Assembly: GCF_000315625.1 (NCBI RefSeq)
Contig: NW_005434645.1
Span: 419,925 to 483,924 of the forward strand
Source: Guillardia theta CCMP2712
Lineage: Eukaryota; Protista; Cryptophyta
Direction of reading: 5' to 3'
DNA: 64,000 nt
Made by a program: the position numbers and the translations under genes. Below the pieces are notes generated by a model. The model saw only the letters and a list, made by a program, of their open reading frames with translations, did no database searches and was not told where the DNA came from. The stretch's first letter is position 1. Every line of letters begins with the position of its first letter. Positions 48,506 to 61,200 of this stretch are shown piece after piece.

Positions 48506-50027
48506 CCTGTGCTCCCCTGCGAGACAGCTTCAGTACTTGCACGCCGTCAGTCAGGATATGTAGGACAGGTGGACAAGAACAAGTCCTCGCAAGCCATGGC
48601 GGCATAAGACGAGCGAGCATGCCAACGTGAAACTTCAACTGGTTCGTCATGAGACATTCGCGAGATCACAGAGGGGAGAAAACGCTATGGGCCATCAAGT
48701 TCCTGTTCTGCTGCATGGTTACAAGTTGGGATGATAATATGAGAATGAGCAGAACACCATGAGTACGACGCCATAGCTAGGCCGAGCAACGCAATGAACA
48801 AAGAAGATGGAGTTTATGTTGGTGAAGTACGGACTAGGAGAAAGGAGAAAAAGGATGAAGTGAAATAACAGGAGCTACAGCGAGATGAAGCAGCAAGGGA
48901 TGAAAACGAAAGATGGCGGAAGAAAGCGTTGGAGTAGTTTTGAGCATGGGTCGGAGCTGGCCATGACTCATCACGCCCTGGCATGGCAAGCCCTGCTGGT
49001 GACCCGCCAAACAAGCGGGGCAGTGCATGGAGAGGAAGTCCCAGAACATTGGGTGGTGGGGGTACTACGGGAAGTAGGGGTAGGGTGGAAGAAGGGTAGC
49101 AGAACCATTAGAAGGGGGGTAGTGTGTTCACCGAGCAACCAAAGGTGTCCGAACAGAGGGGTTAAATGATTGTATCAGGTAGGTCATGTAAGGGGTCCTC
49201 CGGTGGAGAATCCGAAGGATGGGGTAGGGTGGTAGACAGGCGGATGGGCGTGTAGGTTAGGCTGATGGGGTCCCTTTATTATAGACAAAAAGTGAATTCT
49301 GGTATAAATTGGTGGAGGGGGTAGGGGTACCAAAAATTGCAAATTCGTGGAGAGGTGGCATCAACAGCAGGGGTGTTGGAGTAGTTTATGAGGGGTGGGT
49401 ACTTCATCTGAGGAGGTAGTGTTCCGAAGCAGGGTGGGTTATAGTAATAAAGGATCATTAGGGGGTAGGGGGTACATTGGGGATGCTATGGGTGGGTCTG
49501 GGTTAGGGTGGGTGGGTCTGAAATGGTCGCGTGCAAGCCTCTTGAGACCCGGGCCACTAGCCGAAGTTCGCGACTCGGAGGACGGGCCGGTAAGGCCGGG
49601 CCCGGCAAATCAAGGCAGCAACAAAGGTATAGGAAGGTCACGTAGTAAAATATTCACTGTCCTGGGAGCGACAAAATGGCAGCCGGAGGGAACAAAACAA
49701 AGAGCAGGGCAGGCTGAGGAAAGTGACAGCATAGAACATCAGCTTGCACGAACATCAAGAAGAACAGGATCAGAAACAGGACTTCAAAGAGGAAGAGGGC
49801 CAGCAGGGAGAGGAAAGGAGCTCTGCTGCTTCATCAGCGTTAGCTTGCTACACTGTGTGATCCATTCAACAAACACTTGCCAGTTGCAACTTGAACGGAG
49901 TCAAGTAGACTGAGGGCAAGCAGCAGGACAAAGAGGATAAGACAAATATCAACAACCACTGGTTCTAGCTCGAGCAGGTTCAACCGCACTCTTGTCCTTC
50001 TCCACAGCGCTGGTTCGCGGTACATCA

Positions 50028-53000
50028 ATGCTGCAACAACTCAAGGCGACCTTCAAGGAGGCGCTCAAGGTGGAGCATCGACGAGTCTCTGCTCGTCGTT
50101 GACATGCTGCTGCCGCAGGAGGGGGTGAAGGAGGCTGGACGACAAGTCCGAGCCACCGTTGAGAGGCAGCGTGACCTCCAGCCGTCACGGAGCGAAGACA
50201 TCCCGACATGCGACGAGTCCAACGGGAAACTGAGAGAGTAGGAGGCCCTTCTCTTCCTCCATCTCCTCGCTGATGCACCTCCGACTCCAGGAAGTTCGCC
50301 GAGCTCGAGCTCACCATCATCGAGGGTAGGGACCTTCCAGCAAGCACATGGGAGAACGCAGGTGAAGGTGGCGAGAGATGTGCCGAGTGCTGAGGACGTG
50401 CGGCAGGCACTCTTGGCCTGCTCGACTCGTACTGCGTCGTCAAAGTGGAAGGAGCGAGGAGATCGACCGCCGGTTGCTTCATCACAGTCACTCTTTGCTC
50501 TTGTTGACGAGGACGTGTCAGTGTCCAAAAGACAAGTCAACCCTGAGTGGAACGTGCGGATGAAGTTTAGCATAACAGATCTGTCAACAGATATTGTCAT
50601 CCAGGTCATTTGTTTTCCTTCTCCCTCCTCATTCCTCCCCCGCTCCCCCCCTCCTCTCCTTTCAACTTTCCTCCTCCTACTCCACATCCTCCAGCCTGTT
50701 GAACGCAGGCAGGTCTACAGCATCAGCTCCTCTGGGGCATTCGAGAACACGAAACTGATTGGGCAGTGCATCTTGCCATTGGCGCACATCCTGCCAAGTC
50801 TCATGCCAGAGCACGTGCAAGTTGCTTCCGTGCACGGAGTCCCAACGGTCAGGAGGGCGGAACAAGCAGACTGTACAGACCAGGAGGCCTGGATGGAGCT
50901 GTTCCCTCTTTCAAAGACGTCGAGCAAGTTCGAGGTGATCCCAAAGGAGCTCTCGAATGACGTGGACGGGATGCTGCGGCCCCGGTACCCTCTGGGGAAG
51001 ATCAAGGTATTGAGGGGAAAGAAGGAGACGCTTGCTATGGCTGACAGCCTTTCCTTGAGGTGCGGACGAAGCTGCAGCTGCTGCGATCTATGAGAGACAT
51101 CTACCTGAATGCTGCTATCCCGATCAACCCGATTTCGATAGGGAGGAAGCAGAAGGTAAGGGGGAATGGTGATGATGGTGCCGAGTATAGGAGGAGGTTT
51201 TGGCAGTGGGGGCAGGAGGGAGAGGGGAGTGGGAGATGGACGGGGGTGAAGGAAGGAGGGAGTCTGACAGACGGCAAAGGCTTCGGATGATGATGGACTC
51301 CCAAACCTGAAGCAGCTCAAGTGGAATTGTCTCAGGATCAAAGTGATGTGACCGCATGCCCCCTTGCACCCCGTCTGACCGTCGGTCATGGCAGACGGCT
51401 GTCGCTCGACCTCCGTCCTGGTGGAAGCTGATCGTGCTGATGCGGAGCTGGGAGGTGAAGCCAACGGACGAGTGAGGCAGGATGTCTCTGACGGACCTCG
51501 TGCAGCGTCCCCTTCTCTCCATCTTGTGGATCTTGCTGCTCGTCGGGGTGGCGTTGAAGGCGGAGGTTTGGCCCCCTCCTCCTCTCATTCCCACCGCTGA
51601 CACCCAACAGCTCTGGCAAGTTCCGCTCATCTCCTCGAGCCTCGTCTGCTGCCTGAGGTGCCCACCGCTCGTGGTGGACAGGCTCTCATGTGCCGCAGCA
51701 TCTTTTCCCGCACTGCAAGGAGGTTGGAGAGAGAAAAGTCGGTGCCAACTTGGCATGAGCCCGGGCACGCGCGGGTTTGATTGCCATGACGCGTTGACTT
51801 GTATCACGGATGCTGCACGGCAGAGAAATGTGGTGGAGAAGGCGCGAGAAGCTAAGGCAACTCTGTTGCGCCTGCAGCGCGAGACTGGTTTGCAAAATTT
51901 TCTCAACTTCTCCTCTTATCGTCCCTCCTCTCCTTCCCTCTCTTCCTCCCTCTCCTGCCCTCTCCTCTCTCTCTCTCTCTCTCTCGTCTTGTACCTCTCA
52001 GTCTCAATGTCCCTTCCTCGCTGGATCTGTTGCGCGGTCACCCCTGAACACACATGAGCAGGGCGTGCAGCTTCCAACATTGAGAAGTTGAGGAACGCGT
52101 TCAACTGGTCGGACGAGAACGCCTCGTGGTTCATCTGCTGTACCGTCTCCATTTGTGGCGCCAGCATGTCACTATTGGTGATCGACCTCCTACATCGCTT
52201 CATGTGTCTGACCCGCTCCTCTAGCTCTACAGCCTCTCCCTCTTCTTCCAAGTCGTCCCCCCCCGGCTCATCCTTGCCTTTGGTGCCTGTCCTTGCCAGT
52301 GTTGTTCGAGGCGCCGGACTGACTGGATCTCCAAGGGATGATTTTGATGAACCTTCCCCCTCCTCTCCGGGAGATGTTTGCACTCCGGACCCTGCAACGG
52401 TCCGTCCTTTCTGCTCCCTTCCTGTCCTTTTGACCTCCCCGAAGCAATCAGATGCTCCGCTCGTTTATCATGGACGTCCGAGCCGCATGCGGGTTCTGCT
52501 GGTCCGAGCGAAGCGACTGCCCTCCTCCTTGAGTGACTTTCGCTCTTCCAGCCCCTCCAAGGATCTCCTCCAAGAGGAGAACGAGGACGATGCGCTCAGC
52601 TACGTTGACATCTTCGCTGAACGACAAGCCGAGGTAAACAACCTCCTGCTCGCCATTCCCCTCATCTCTCCTCCTCGCGCTTCTGCAGGAGGCGACAGCC
52701 TTCGGTCCGCTTGGAGAAGCGTTCCACTCCCTCCGCAAGGTGACAGGCAGGCATGACGATGAGGCTTGCTCGTGAGCTGCTCTGGTAGTTGTGGAAGCAT
52801 GTACCCAACGAGATGGACATGGTCCATCGGACCATCTGCAAGCGGCAGGTGCCAGAGGACAGAGCGAGGAGACACAAGTGAGAGCATACGATGCCCCGCA
52901 GGTCGGCGAGACTTCGCGGCGACCATGTCGGCCCCTCCTGGCTGACTGTGAGACTCCCGAGGCTGAAGGACCCAGCGCAGCGAAAGGGTGAGACGTGTGC

Positions 53001-53833
53001 TGTCACTTGTCGGGTGATCGAGATGATCGCGACAGGCCGCTCAAGCTCAGGAGCGCAGAAGCTCCTTCCTCTGCCGACGAGGAGAGGTGCCATGGCCCGC
53101 TGCACCTCACAAGCATTGTCTCATCCTCCTCTATCCGCAGGCTTCAGTCAGAAGTGCAACGAGAGCTTGATGAGATGGGATACCCTGCAGCCGAGGTGAG
53201 GTGGAAGCAGGAAGGAGGTTCGCGCGCAGCGGCATGTGACCTCCAGGAAGCAGGAAGAGGAGGATGAAGCCGCTCGTCTGATGAAGCTCCGGCCTCAAGA
53301 GCTCATCGATGAGATCAGAAAGGTGCTCCCTCCTCCTTCCTCTCTCTCCCTGACGCGCTGGTGGCGACTAGCTGGGGAAGGAGCCCAAGGGTCTTGTCGA
53401 GAAGCAGGAGCTAGTCGCCGAGCTGATCGGGTGACTTGAGATGGAAGGTCCCGCCGGGTGGGCAGTAGGTTATGAGCCTCTTGAGCAGGCTCCGAAGTTC
53501 CTTGCGGGGCGATACCAGGAATGAGGAGCAGAAATCAGCTGACGTGGACTGGTGAGACTCCTGGCATGCTAAGCCGATGAGCTGAACAACAAAGTGAGCA
53601 GGAGCGAGAAGCTGAATCTCCTGGTGGAGATGGGATTCACTGATTTGAGTGAGACAACTTGACTATCTGCTGCTGATGCCTCGTGTTGACTTGCTCGCCG
53701 TGCTCCCTCAGTCGAGAACGAGGAACTCCTCCATCGTCATGGAGGAGACGTCAAGGTGAGACGCTACCATGGCGAGCTACTAGGCTATGACGTTGCTGAG
53801 CAGAAGGTGATTGAAGCCATCCTGAAGCGATGA
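50028..53833 (+). CDS. C2-domain/transmembrane (MCTP-like) protein with a C-terminal UBA-like domain, multi-exon, possibly two genes
   Basis: LELTIIEGRDLP, VNPEWN, KLIGQCILPL (C2); LRNAFNWSDENASWFIC plus hydrophobic segments; KLNLLVEMGFTD..NEELLHRHGGDV..VIEAIL (UBA). Confidence 0.55.
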
Positions 53834-54363
53834 AGCCTGTGAAGCGGGCGCAAGTCAACGTTGAGCTGGACACTGGATGAATCAAGTTGTAACAGTTGAA
53901 CTGCCTAGCGCTCCCCCCCCCTCCCCCTTCCCAGTCACTGGTGGGGCCACACATAGCGCTCTATGAGCCTGTGCGAGCCCAGTGAGAGAGTCTCGGTGAG
54001 CGGGCCCCGGCCCGGCCTCCGAGTCCGGCCGGGCGGCTACTCAGCCTAGGCTACTATCCTCTATCCCCGCTTCCCCACTCAGTCCACAATTATAAAAAAA
54101 AGTGGTTTCAAACTTGACGACGGCCTCAGCCTCTACTAAGGGTGGGTACGTCTATTGCGAGGAGGGGTCCTTCAAAAAGAAAAGGCTCTAACTCCTCGGG
54201 GGTGGGGTGAGGAACGATGTATGGTAGGGTAGTGACAGCGGGAGTTTGATGGGTTCAAGGAAGCACGATGAAGATTACCGGGGGGATGGTCGAGCCGACG
54301 GCAGGAAACAGGAGGATGTAGACGAGAAGATCATGAGGATCATGACAGACAAGCCTCCTGCTC

Positions 54364-57200
54364 ATGTTCAGTCCCGTGTCGAGCCCTTGTGAGATTGACC
54401 ATGATGCAACAGAGCGGCTTTATGGGGGAAAGAAATTAAACCTGCTGTCGGGGCAGGGAATGGACAGGACGAGGGAAAATGGACCGCCAACAGGATCAAG
54501 CTCGCCTGCCAGAACTCCATCGTCTAGTGAAGGCGAGACGCCGACCATGACGCCTGATCTTAGCCCTTCGGCATCGTACCTATCGATCTCGTCGGGCAGC
54601 AATGCCAGTCTCAACACCTTCGAGGCTTCTAGAGGCGCGAGCAGCGTCTCGCCGCCCTTGTCTCACTCTAGCTCTCTTGCCTTCGCCTCCATCCGAGACG
54701 TGAGCTGCTTGCGATGATCGTTTCCTCCCATCCCATGCTGGATGGCTCTGACTCGCTTCACAGGAGGTCTGGTATGGTACCCAGCATCCCCTGGCGAGAG
54801 TGGAGGACACGCATGCAAATCGTGTGGAAGCGCTAGCCGTCATGCTCGATGACCACCTGACGAGCCTGGGGATGAGAGCCTTGGAGGTGAAGAGCGCATG
54901 GAAGCATGCGAGGCTTGACGAGACTACGCAGGTGACAGGAAGGCATGAGAGAAGGATGGAAACTTTGAAGACGAAGATTGCTGTGCTCCGAAGGCACCTC
55001 ACAGAGAGACGTCTGCATCATGATAATCGAGCCGAGGAGAACGAAGGCCTCGAGGTTTTGACCGGGACATTCTTCCGCTCTTGTTGACATGGTGCAAAGG
55101 AACGAGCAAGTTCCAACCATGACATGATTACAAGCATCGTAAGAGTTAGAGAGAACTCAGAGAAAGAGGCAAGAAGTTGCCGCTGATCATCTTCTATGTC
55201 TGATGCTCCTGCCTTTCTCAGGAGGACAGCGAGTTTCGAGACGCTCTGGTGTCTCAGGTTGGAATGCTTTGTTCGAGGAGCATGCAGGGAGTGACGTTGA
55301 TATTTTGAAGGCGGTCTTCGTTACTCAGAGTGTGATTGACAGACTCAAGGAGGAGTTTGAGATCCTGATGAAGCAGAAAGACGAGGAGATCGACGAGCTG
55401 AACTCCGTGCTGATCTCAAGAGATGAAACGAACAAGGAGTTGCAGGAAGAGCTCGCATGTTGTCAAGCAGAGTTGAACGAGGCGCAAGAGGAGCTGCATT
55501 GGTTGGGTAGTTGGAGGTAATGATGGGAGATTGACGCAACAGCTTGCCAGGAGAGACTCTGTGAGAGAATGTTGTGAAAGCTTTGCTGCGAAGTTGGCTG
55601 AAGAAGCAAGAGAAGCAATGGATGAGATTACGGAGGTTGAAATCATCCACTGGCGAGGTGTTGTTATGCTGACTGCTACTGTAAAGATCGTCGGAAGCGA
55701 ACATGATGCAGCAGCCGGTATACCTCGTTCAACCTTCCGAGATGCCTTCGCTGTCCCCTGACTGATTTTCAGATGCATCACTGGGCGAAATCATCAGCAC
55801 GAGTTCAGACATTCTGTTGCAGGACATGGAGTGGTGGACCACCAGCCTGCCTCGACAAGCTCCTCGGGGCTTCCGGTTGTACAATAGGAGGAGACAGAGG
55901 TAAAGACGTTTGCTGATGTATCCCTCGCTGATACGAAGGGATAGGATGAGGAAGAGCAGGAGGGCTGTAAAGGAAAGACGTGAAGTACCGGAGGACGAGG
56001 AATTCAACAGCTCCTTTCAAACAAATCACCGCGATCACGAAGCCAAGCTTGAGAAGTTTACAAGCTGGAGAGGAGCAAGCAACCAATGCTTCGCCAAGAG
56101 CCATCGCAAGGAGAGGAAGGATCGGGGCCAGTGTTTTCATTCGTGCGCGGAGGTGCGAAGGCTGAGGCGAGAGAGGAGAAAGACGCAACTGGACCTGCAT
56201 CACTACGAGACCGAGATTGAGTTCCTCAGGGCCAAACTCTCTCAGTCGAGGCTGTCACAAGTCAGCGGGCTCAGCAGCGGCTTCTTCGAGGGGAGGGGGG
56301 ACGGGGGTCCGTTCCCGCTGGTGTCCAACTCCTCCTCCGAGACCAACGAGACGCAGATCAACGAGCTCGAGCAGGTGAGGTGCGAGAACGACCACCTGCA
56401 TGGCCAGCTCTCCTTGCTCAAGACTCGCCTGCTCCTCATCGCCTCCATGTGCTTCGACATCAACGGCATGCTCAGCCTCTTTGTGCGAGACCTCCATGGC
56501 CTCGAGAGCCTCCAAGGCGAATCAGGCCAGCTGGGGCCGGAGCTGGGCTCGTTCCTGAACATCATGGATGCGCAACTGATCCTGTTGGAGCAGCAGGCGA
56601 CGTCCAGCTCGCAGATGCTGCAGACGGCGCAGACCAACGTTGTGGTCAGCATGCAGAGGCTGATGCTGCGCATGCAGCAGGAGTCGAGGCGGACGAGGGA
56701 GAAGATGAGGGTCAAGTTTGCGCAGCAGAGGGTTGAGATGATCGCCAAGGCCCTTACCTTCCTCCACCTGAGGATCCAGCGGGCGCTGACCCGCGCAGCT
56801 TGCCAGGCCTGGGACGAGCTTGTCCTCGTCCTCAAGCACAGCCGTCGACTCTTGACGATCAGGGTGTTGAGGAGGTGGAGGCAGCTGATGGAGGAGGAAG
56901 CTGCTGCGAGGAAGGAGAAGAACCATGAGGAGGCGATCCTGCTCGCGCAGGAAGCGCTCATGCAGTGCGAGAACTACATGCATGCGCTCAACGTGGCCGA
57001 GGAGAGGCTGGGGGAGCTACGAGCGGCAGCGGGGGAGCCGAGGGTTCAGCGGCAGCAGGAGGGAGGGGAGCTGATCTTGAGGCTCAAGGAGGACATAGGA
57101 CGGCAGATCGATCTTGTAACCGCTAGGGACGAGGGGGGAGGGAGGAGGAGCAGGAGGATGTATCAGCCGACTTGAGGCCATGTACAACAGAGTGAAGTGA
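54364..57200 (+). CDS. Hypothetical long coiled-coil protein, multi-exon
   Basis: Successive heptad-rich ORFs (54800-55087, 55203-55520, 55910-57175) with GT-AG junctions, and a Ser/Pro-rich N-terminus. Confidence 0.5.
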
Positions 57201-57264
57201 AGTGAAGGTGTTCTTGAAGGGATCGACCATGACCTCACACCCCCTTCCTCCTCCTCTTGTACCC

Positions 57265-57435
57265 TCTCCCACCTCCTCCTCTTCTCCTCCTGCCCCGTCT
57301 CCCACCTCCTCCTCTTCTCCTCCTGCCCGGTCTCCCACCTCCTCCTCTTCTCCTCCTGCCCGGTCTCCCACCTCCTCCTCTTCTCCTCCTGCCCGGTCTC
57401 CCACCTCCTCCTCTTCTCCTCCTGCCCCGTCTCCC
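57265..57435. repeat. 33-bp pyrimidine-rich minisatellite x5
   Basis: Unit TCTCCCACCTCCTCCTCTTCTCCTCCTGCCCGG repeated head to tail without spacers. Confidence 0.93.
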
Positions 57436-57611
57436 CTCCCCCGACTCGGGCATTTCCCACGAGTCTCAATTTTCACTCACCGGCGGTTGAATTCTTCGTC
57501 GCCCCTACCCGCTGCTCTCCATCCTCCCCTTCTCTACCTGCTTCCGTTTCTTGCTCGTCCTCCTTCCCAGTCGCTCCTCCCTCTTCTTCCTCCTGCTTCT
57601 GAACCACCGCC

Positions 57612-58163
57612 ATGTCCACCCGACCAGCAGGTACCATGTTTGTTCTATTTCACCCCGCCATGCTTGACATTACATATAGGACGCGCGAAGAAATCGGCTG
57701 AGTCGCAGGACGTGCACGTAGCTGCTCGCAAGGGGAACGTGGCGGCAGTTCGGAGGCTGGTGGAGCGATCGGGACTGTGAGTTTCTCCTGCTCCTCCCCT
57801 GCTTGACGCGCTGCAGGGTCGATCAGGCGTCTGTTGAAAGCGGGAAGACAGCTCTGCATGTCGCCTGCCAGGTACCAGAGGATGCTGCGTCATGCTGGAC
57901 CTGCTGCCTCACACTCTCCGCGTCAGTTCGGTCAGGCCAACGTAGCGAGAGTTCTCCTCGAACTCGGAGCCGACATCGAAGCTCGGACGGGACATGGCAG
58001 GACGCCGCTGCACCTGGCGGCAGCGCAGGGGCAGGAGGAGGTTGTGCGGCTGCTGCTGTCGAAGAATGCGGACAAGAACGCGAGGACACCGAGCGGAGAG
58101 GCAGCGGCAGAGCTTGCGAAGAAGTACAAGTATAACAAGGTAGAGCAGCTGCTCAAGGAATGA
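57612..58163 (+). CDS. Small ankyrin-repeat protein, multi-exon
   Basis: VHVAARKGN, GKTALHVACQ/FGQANVARVLLELGADIEAR, GRTPLHLAAAQGQEEVVRLLL. Confidence 0.88.
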
Positions 58164-58213
58164 AGACAGCAGCTGCAGGAAAAACTTGATGGAAACAGGA
58201 GGGGGTGAGTGGA

Positions 58214-61200
58214 CTAGGATGATTTCTGCTTGGAGGGCTTTGAGGTGGAGGAGGTGTCACTACCCTTGTCCTCCTCTCTCGCAGACGGCGTCCTCCTGCG
58301 GATCTGAGACTGCCTCCTCTCATTGAAAGCCGTCTTGCTCACCATGTTTTCCGGCCTCTCCGTCAAGCTCCACTGCTGCTCGACCCTCCGGAAGTGCCGC
58401 AGCCTCTTGGCGCACGTGATGGCTAGAGCGCGGTAGAACCTCGCGGCAAAGATGGGCCGGATGGAGCAGAGCGTCTGCACTTGCTCGTAGGGAGTGATGA
58501 GGCACGTGGCCTGCCGTCAACATGTCAGTGTGAGTGAGCAGGAGGTGGGATGAAGCGACGGCTGAAGCAGGAGAAGGGCAAGAGGAGGGGGAAGTGTAAC
58601 GGGAAGGGGAAGGGGAGGAGGGAGGGGCACAGGAGGCAAGAAGGGAGGGGAGGGGAGGTACATCTTCTCGTGCGATGATGCTAGCAGTCGACCCTGAGCT
58701 GTTCACTTGGAAGAACCTGCTCTCCCCGAGGATGTCTCCGGGTCCTGCATCGATCATTGTCTTGCCGTGCCGAGAGAAGAGGATGGCGTTGCCCGAGATG
58801 ACGTGGACTAGCATCCTGTCGTCAGCATCGATACCCATGATGACCTGCCAGCCCAGTCAGTCACGTCTTCTCAGCTTCTCTGCTCAGTCTCTTGCTCTAC
58901 CTCCCCCTTGCTGAATTTCTTCACCTCCGAGACGCTGAACAGCTGCTGGAGAAATTCCTTGGCTTCGTCCAACCCGCCCTCTCCGGGCAGCACGTAGCCA
59001 AACTTGGTTCTGTCGTAGGAGAAGAGCATCTCGTTGCTGCGCGCCGTCTCGATCTCGCTCTCCAGGTCCTGAATCCTGCTGTTGATGGTCGAGCAAAGGT
59101 TGGAAGCCGCCTGGGAGCTGGGAAGGAAGAACTTGGTGTCCTGCCGGCTCCCAGCGCTGCCGAAGAGAGACTTGGCGAAGCTCTCCGTCATGTAGCTCTC
59201 GTCCGCCCCTGCCGCCATCACCAGCTGCCGGGGAAGAAACTTGCGGGCAAGTCGGTTCGTGAGGATCCAGCTGGCGCCGTTGAGCCAGCCGTTCCCAGCT
59301 GACGGGGACTGCTTTGCGTCTCCGTGAAAACCTTCCTTGAGGACGATGGTCAAGTGATCGCCTGCAGCCTGCGCAGAGCTGACGTTGCGCATCGGGAAGA
59401 GAACGTCAGCATTCCGTCTGAACACGTTGCGTTTGGCAAGGAAGATGACCCAGTTGTTGAAGACCGACAGTCGCCCAGCAAGTACCGTCCCGTCCTCCGT
59501 TCTGAACTTGGCAGCTTCGCTGAACAGAAGACGCTCCGTCATGGGGATGCCGAAGCGTCTCGACACTTGTTTCATCAGCTTCGAGTGCTTCGCATGCAGC
59601 CCGGTCATCTTGATGTCTCGTTTTGCTCCTGTCTTGCCTGCTAGTCGAGAGATGAGCTGCCTCACTGTCCTCGTCTTCTTCAGCATGTCGATCGCCATGT
59701 ACTCGTACATCACCGCGCTCTCGTTTGCACTGAGCTCTCCGAGCACTAGCGGAGGGAACCCGTTGCTCTGAGCCTCGAAGGTCAGCCGACGGATGGTAAC
59801 TCGAGAGCTGTAGGCCTTGACGACTGGGACGGAGCTCGAGTCAGCGCCGAAGAGGAAGCTGTCTTCGCCGACGAGGGAACCGGAGCCAAAGCACAGGTTG
59901 TCCATGGACGAGTCCAAGTCCTGCGAGGACCTGCTGGGCATGAAGGACATCATCCTGCCCTCCACCACCAGCACGATCGAGCGCTCGTTGCGACCAGCAC
60001 CTTGAAGCTCCACCACCCTACCGGTCTCAAGGACCTCGAGGAGAGCCTGGGGGCGCTGGAAGAGACTGAGCGCGAGGCCTTGAATGTCGACGCGACGGTT
60101 GGCCGGGCCTGACTTCTTGGACTGCAAGCTAGAAGGAGCCCAGAAGTCACTCTCGTTGGTGTTGACCCGCGACCTCCCGCCCTCTGAGCTCGACGAGACT
60201 TTCTCGTCGAAGGTGAGGGAGAGGTAGAAATCGTCTCGGTACCTCCGCTCAGTGCTGGAGTAGACCTCGTCGATCTGATGGACTCGGCGCGTCAAGGAGA
60301 AGGGAGGTAAGGGGAGGGGAAGGGAAGGGAAGGGAAGGAGAGAAGGGAAGAGGAGGAGAGGGGAGGGGTACCTCATGCTTGTGAAAGGTGAGGTGTTCCT
60401 GATGGAAGGCTGTGTTGAAGGATACGAAGAACATGCTCCTTCCTGTGAGATGGCCATACCGAATGAAACTCGCGCCATGGCCGAGGGTTCCCCGGCAACT
60501 GAGAGGGTCTTGTCACTTGAGGCCTACAAGGAGCGACGGGCGTACCGGACGGAGTCTTTGTTCCTCGATGTGTAGGAAGACATAGGAATGCTGTCGTCCT
60601 CTTTGAAGGCGAAGAAGCGGATGCGGACGTCTCCTCGTAGCGCGACTCTCCCGATCTTGAGCACCAGTTGTTTTTCTCTGTTCCACTTGTCAGTCAAGGT
60701 TATCAAAGGGCCCGAGCGCTCACTTGCTCATGAAGTGCTTCATGGGAACAAGCCCGCACTGCTTCCCGTGATCATACTGAATCTCACCGTCGCACTCTAC
60801 CACGAAGGACAAGGCAAATCGCTTCATGAAGTGAACCTAAAGGAGCAAATCGGTCAGAAGCGAGACGTCAGTTCCTGCGCTGATGACCTGCAGGTTTCCG
60901 AGAGTGATTTTCTCGAGGACCAACCAATGGTCGGAGAAGACGTCGATGTTGAAGTAGAGATAGGCTTCGAGGTAGTGGATGTATCTGATCTGTGATGGCG
61001 CTGCTACCCCCTGGGTTGCCTCATTCGACGTCCTTGACATGGTCCTTCTCCGCGCAAACTCATCCATGCAGTTGCCTGCAGTGAGGCGGGTCAGTCGGAG
61101 CTCCGAGCGATCAGCATGCACTTACTACAAGTCTTGAAGACTTTAGTCCACAGCATCAACGAGGAGACAAACAGTCCTGTCCTCCCCTTGCCGCCTCTGC

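Noticed and set aside
57265-57435. 33-bp repeats as a CRISPR array
   Set aside because: Head-to-tail with no unique spacers, low complexity, eukaryotic context.
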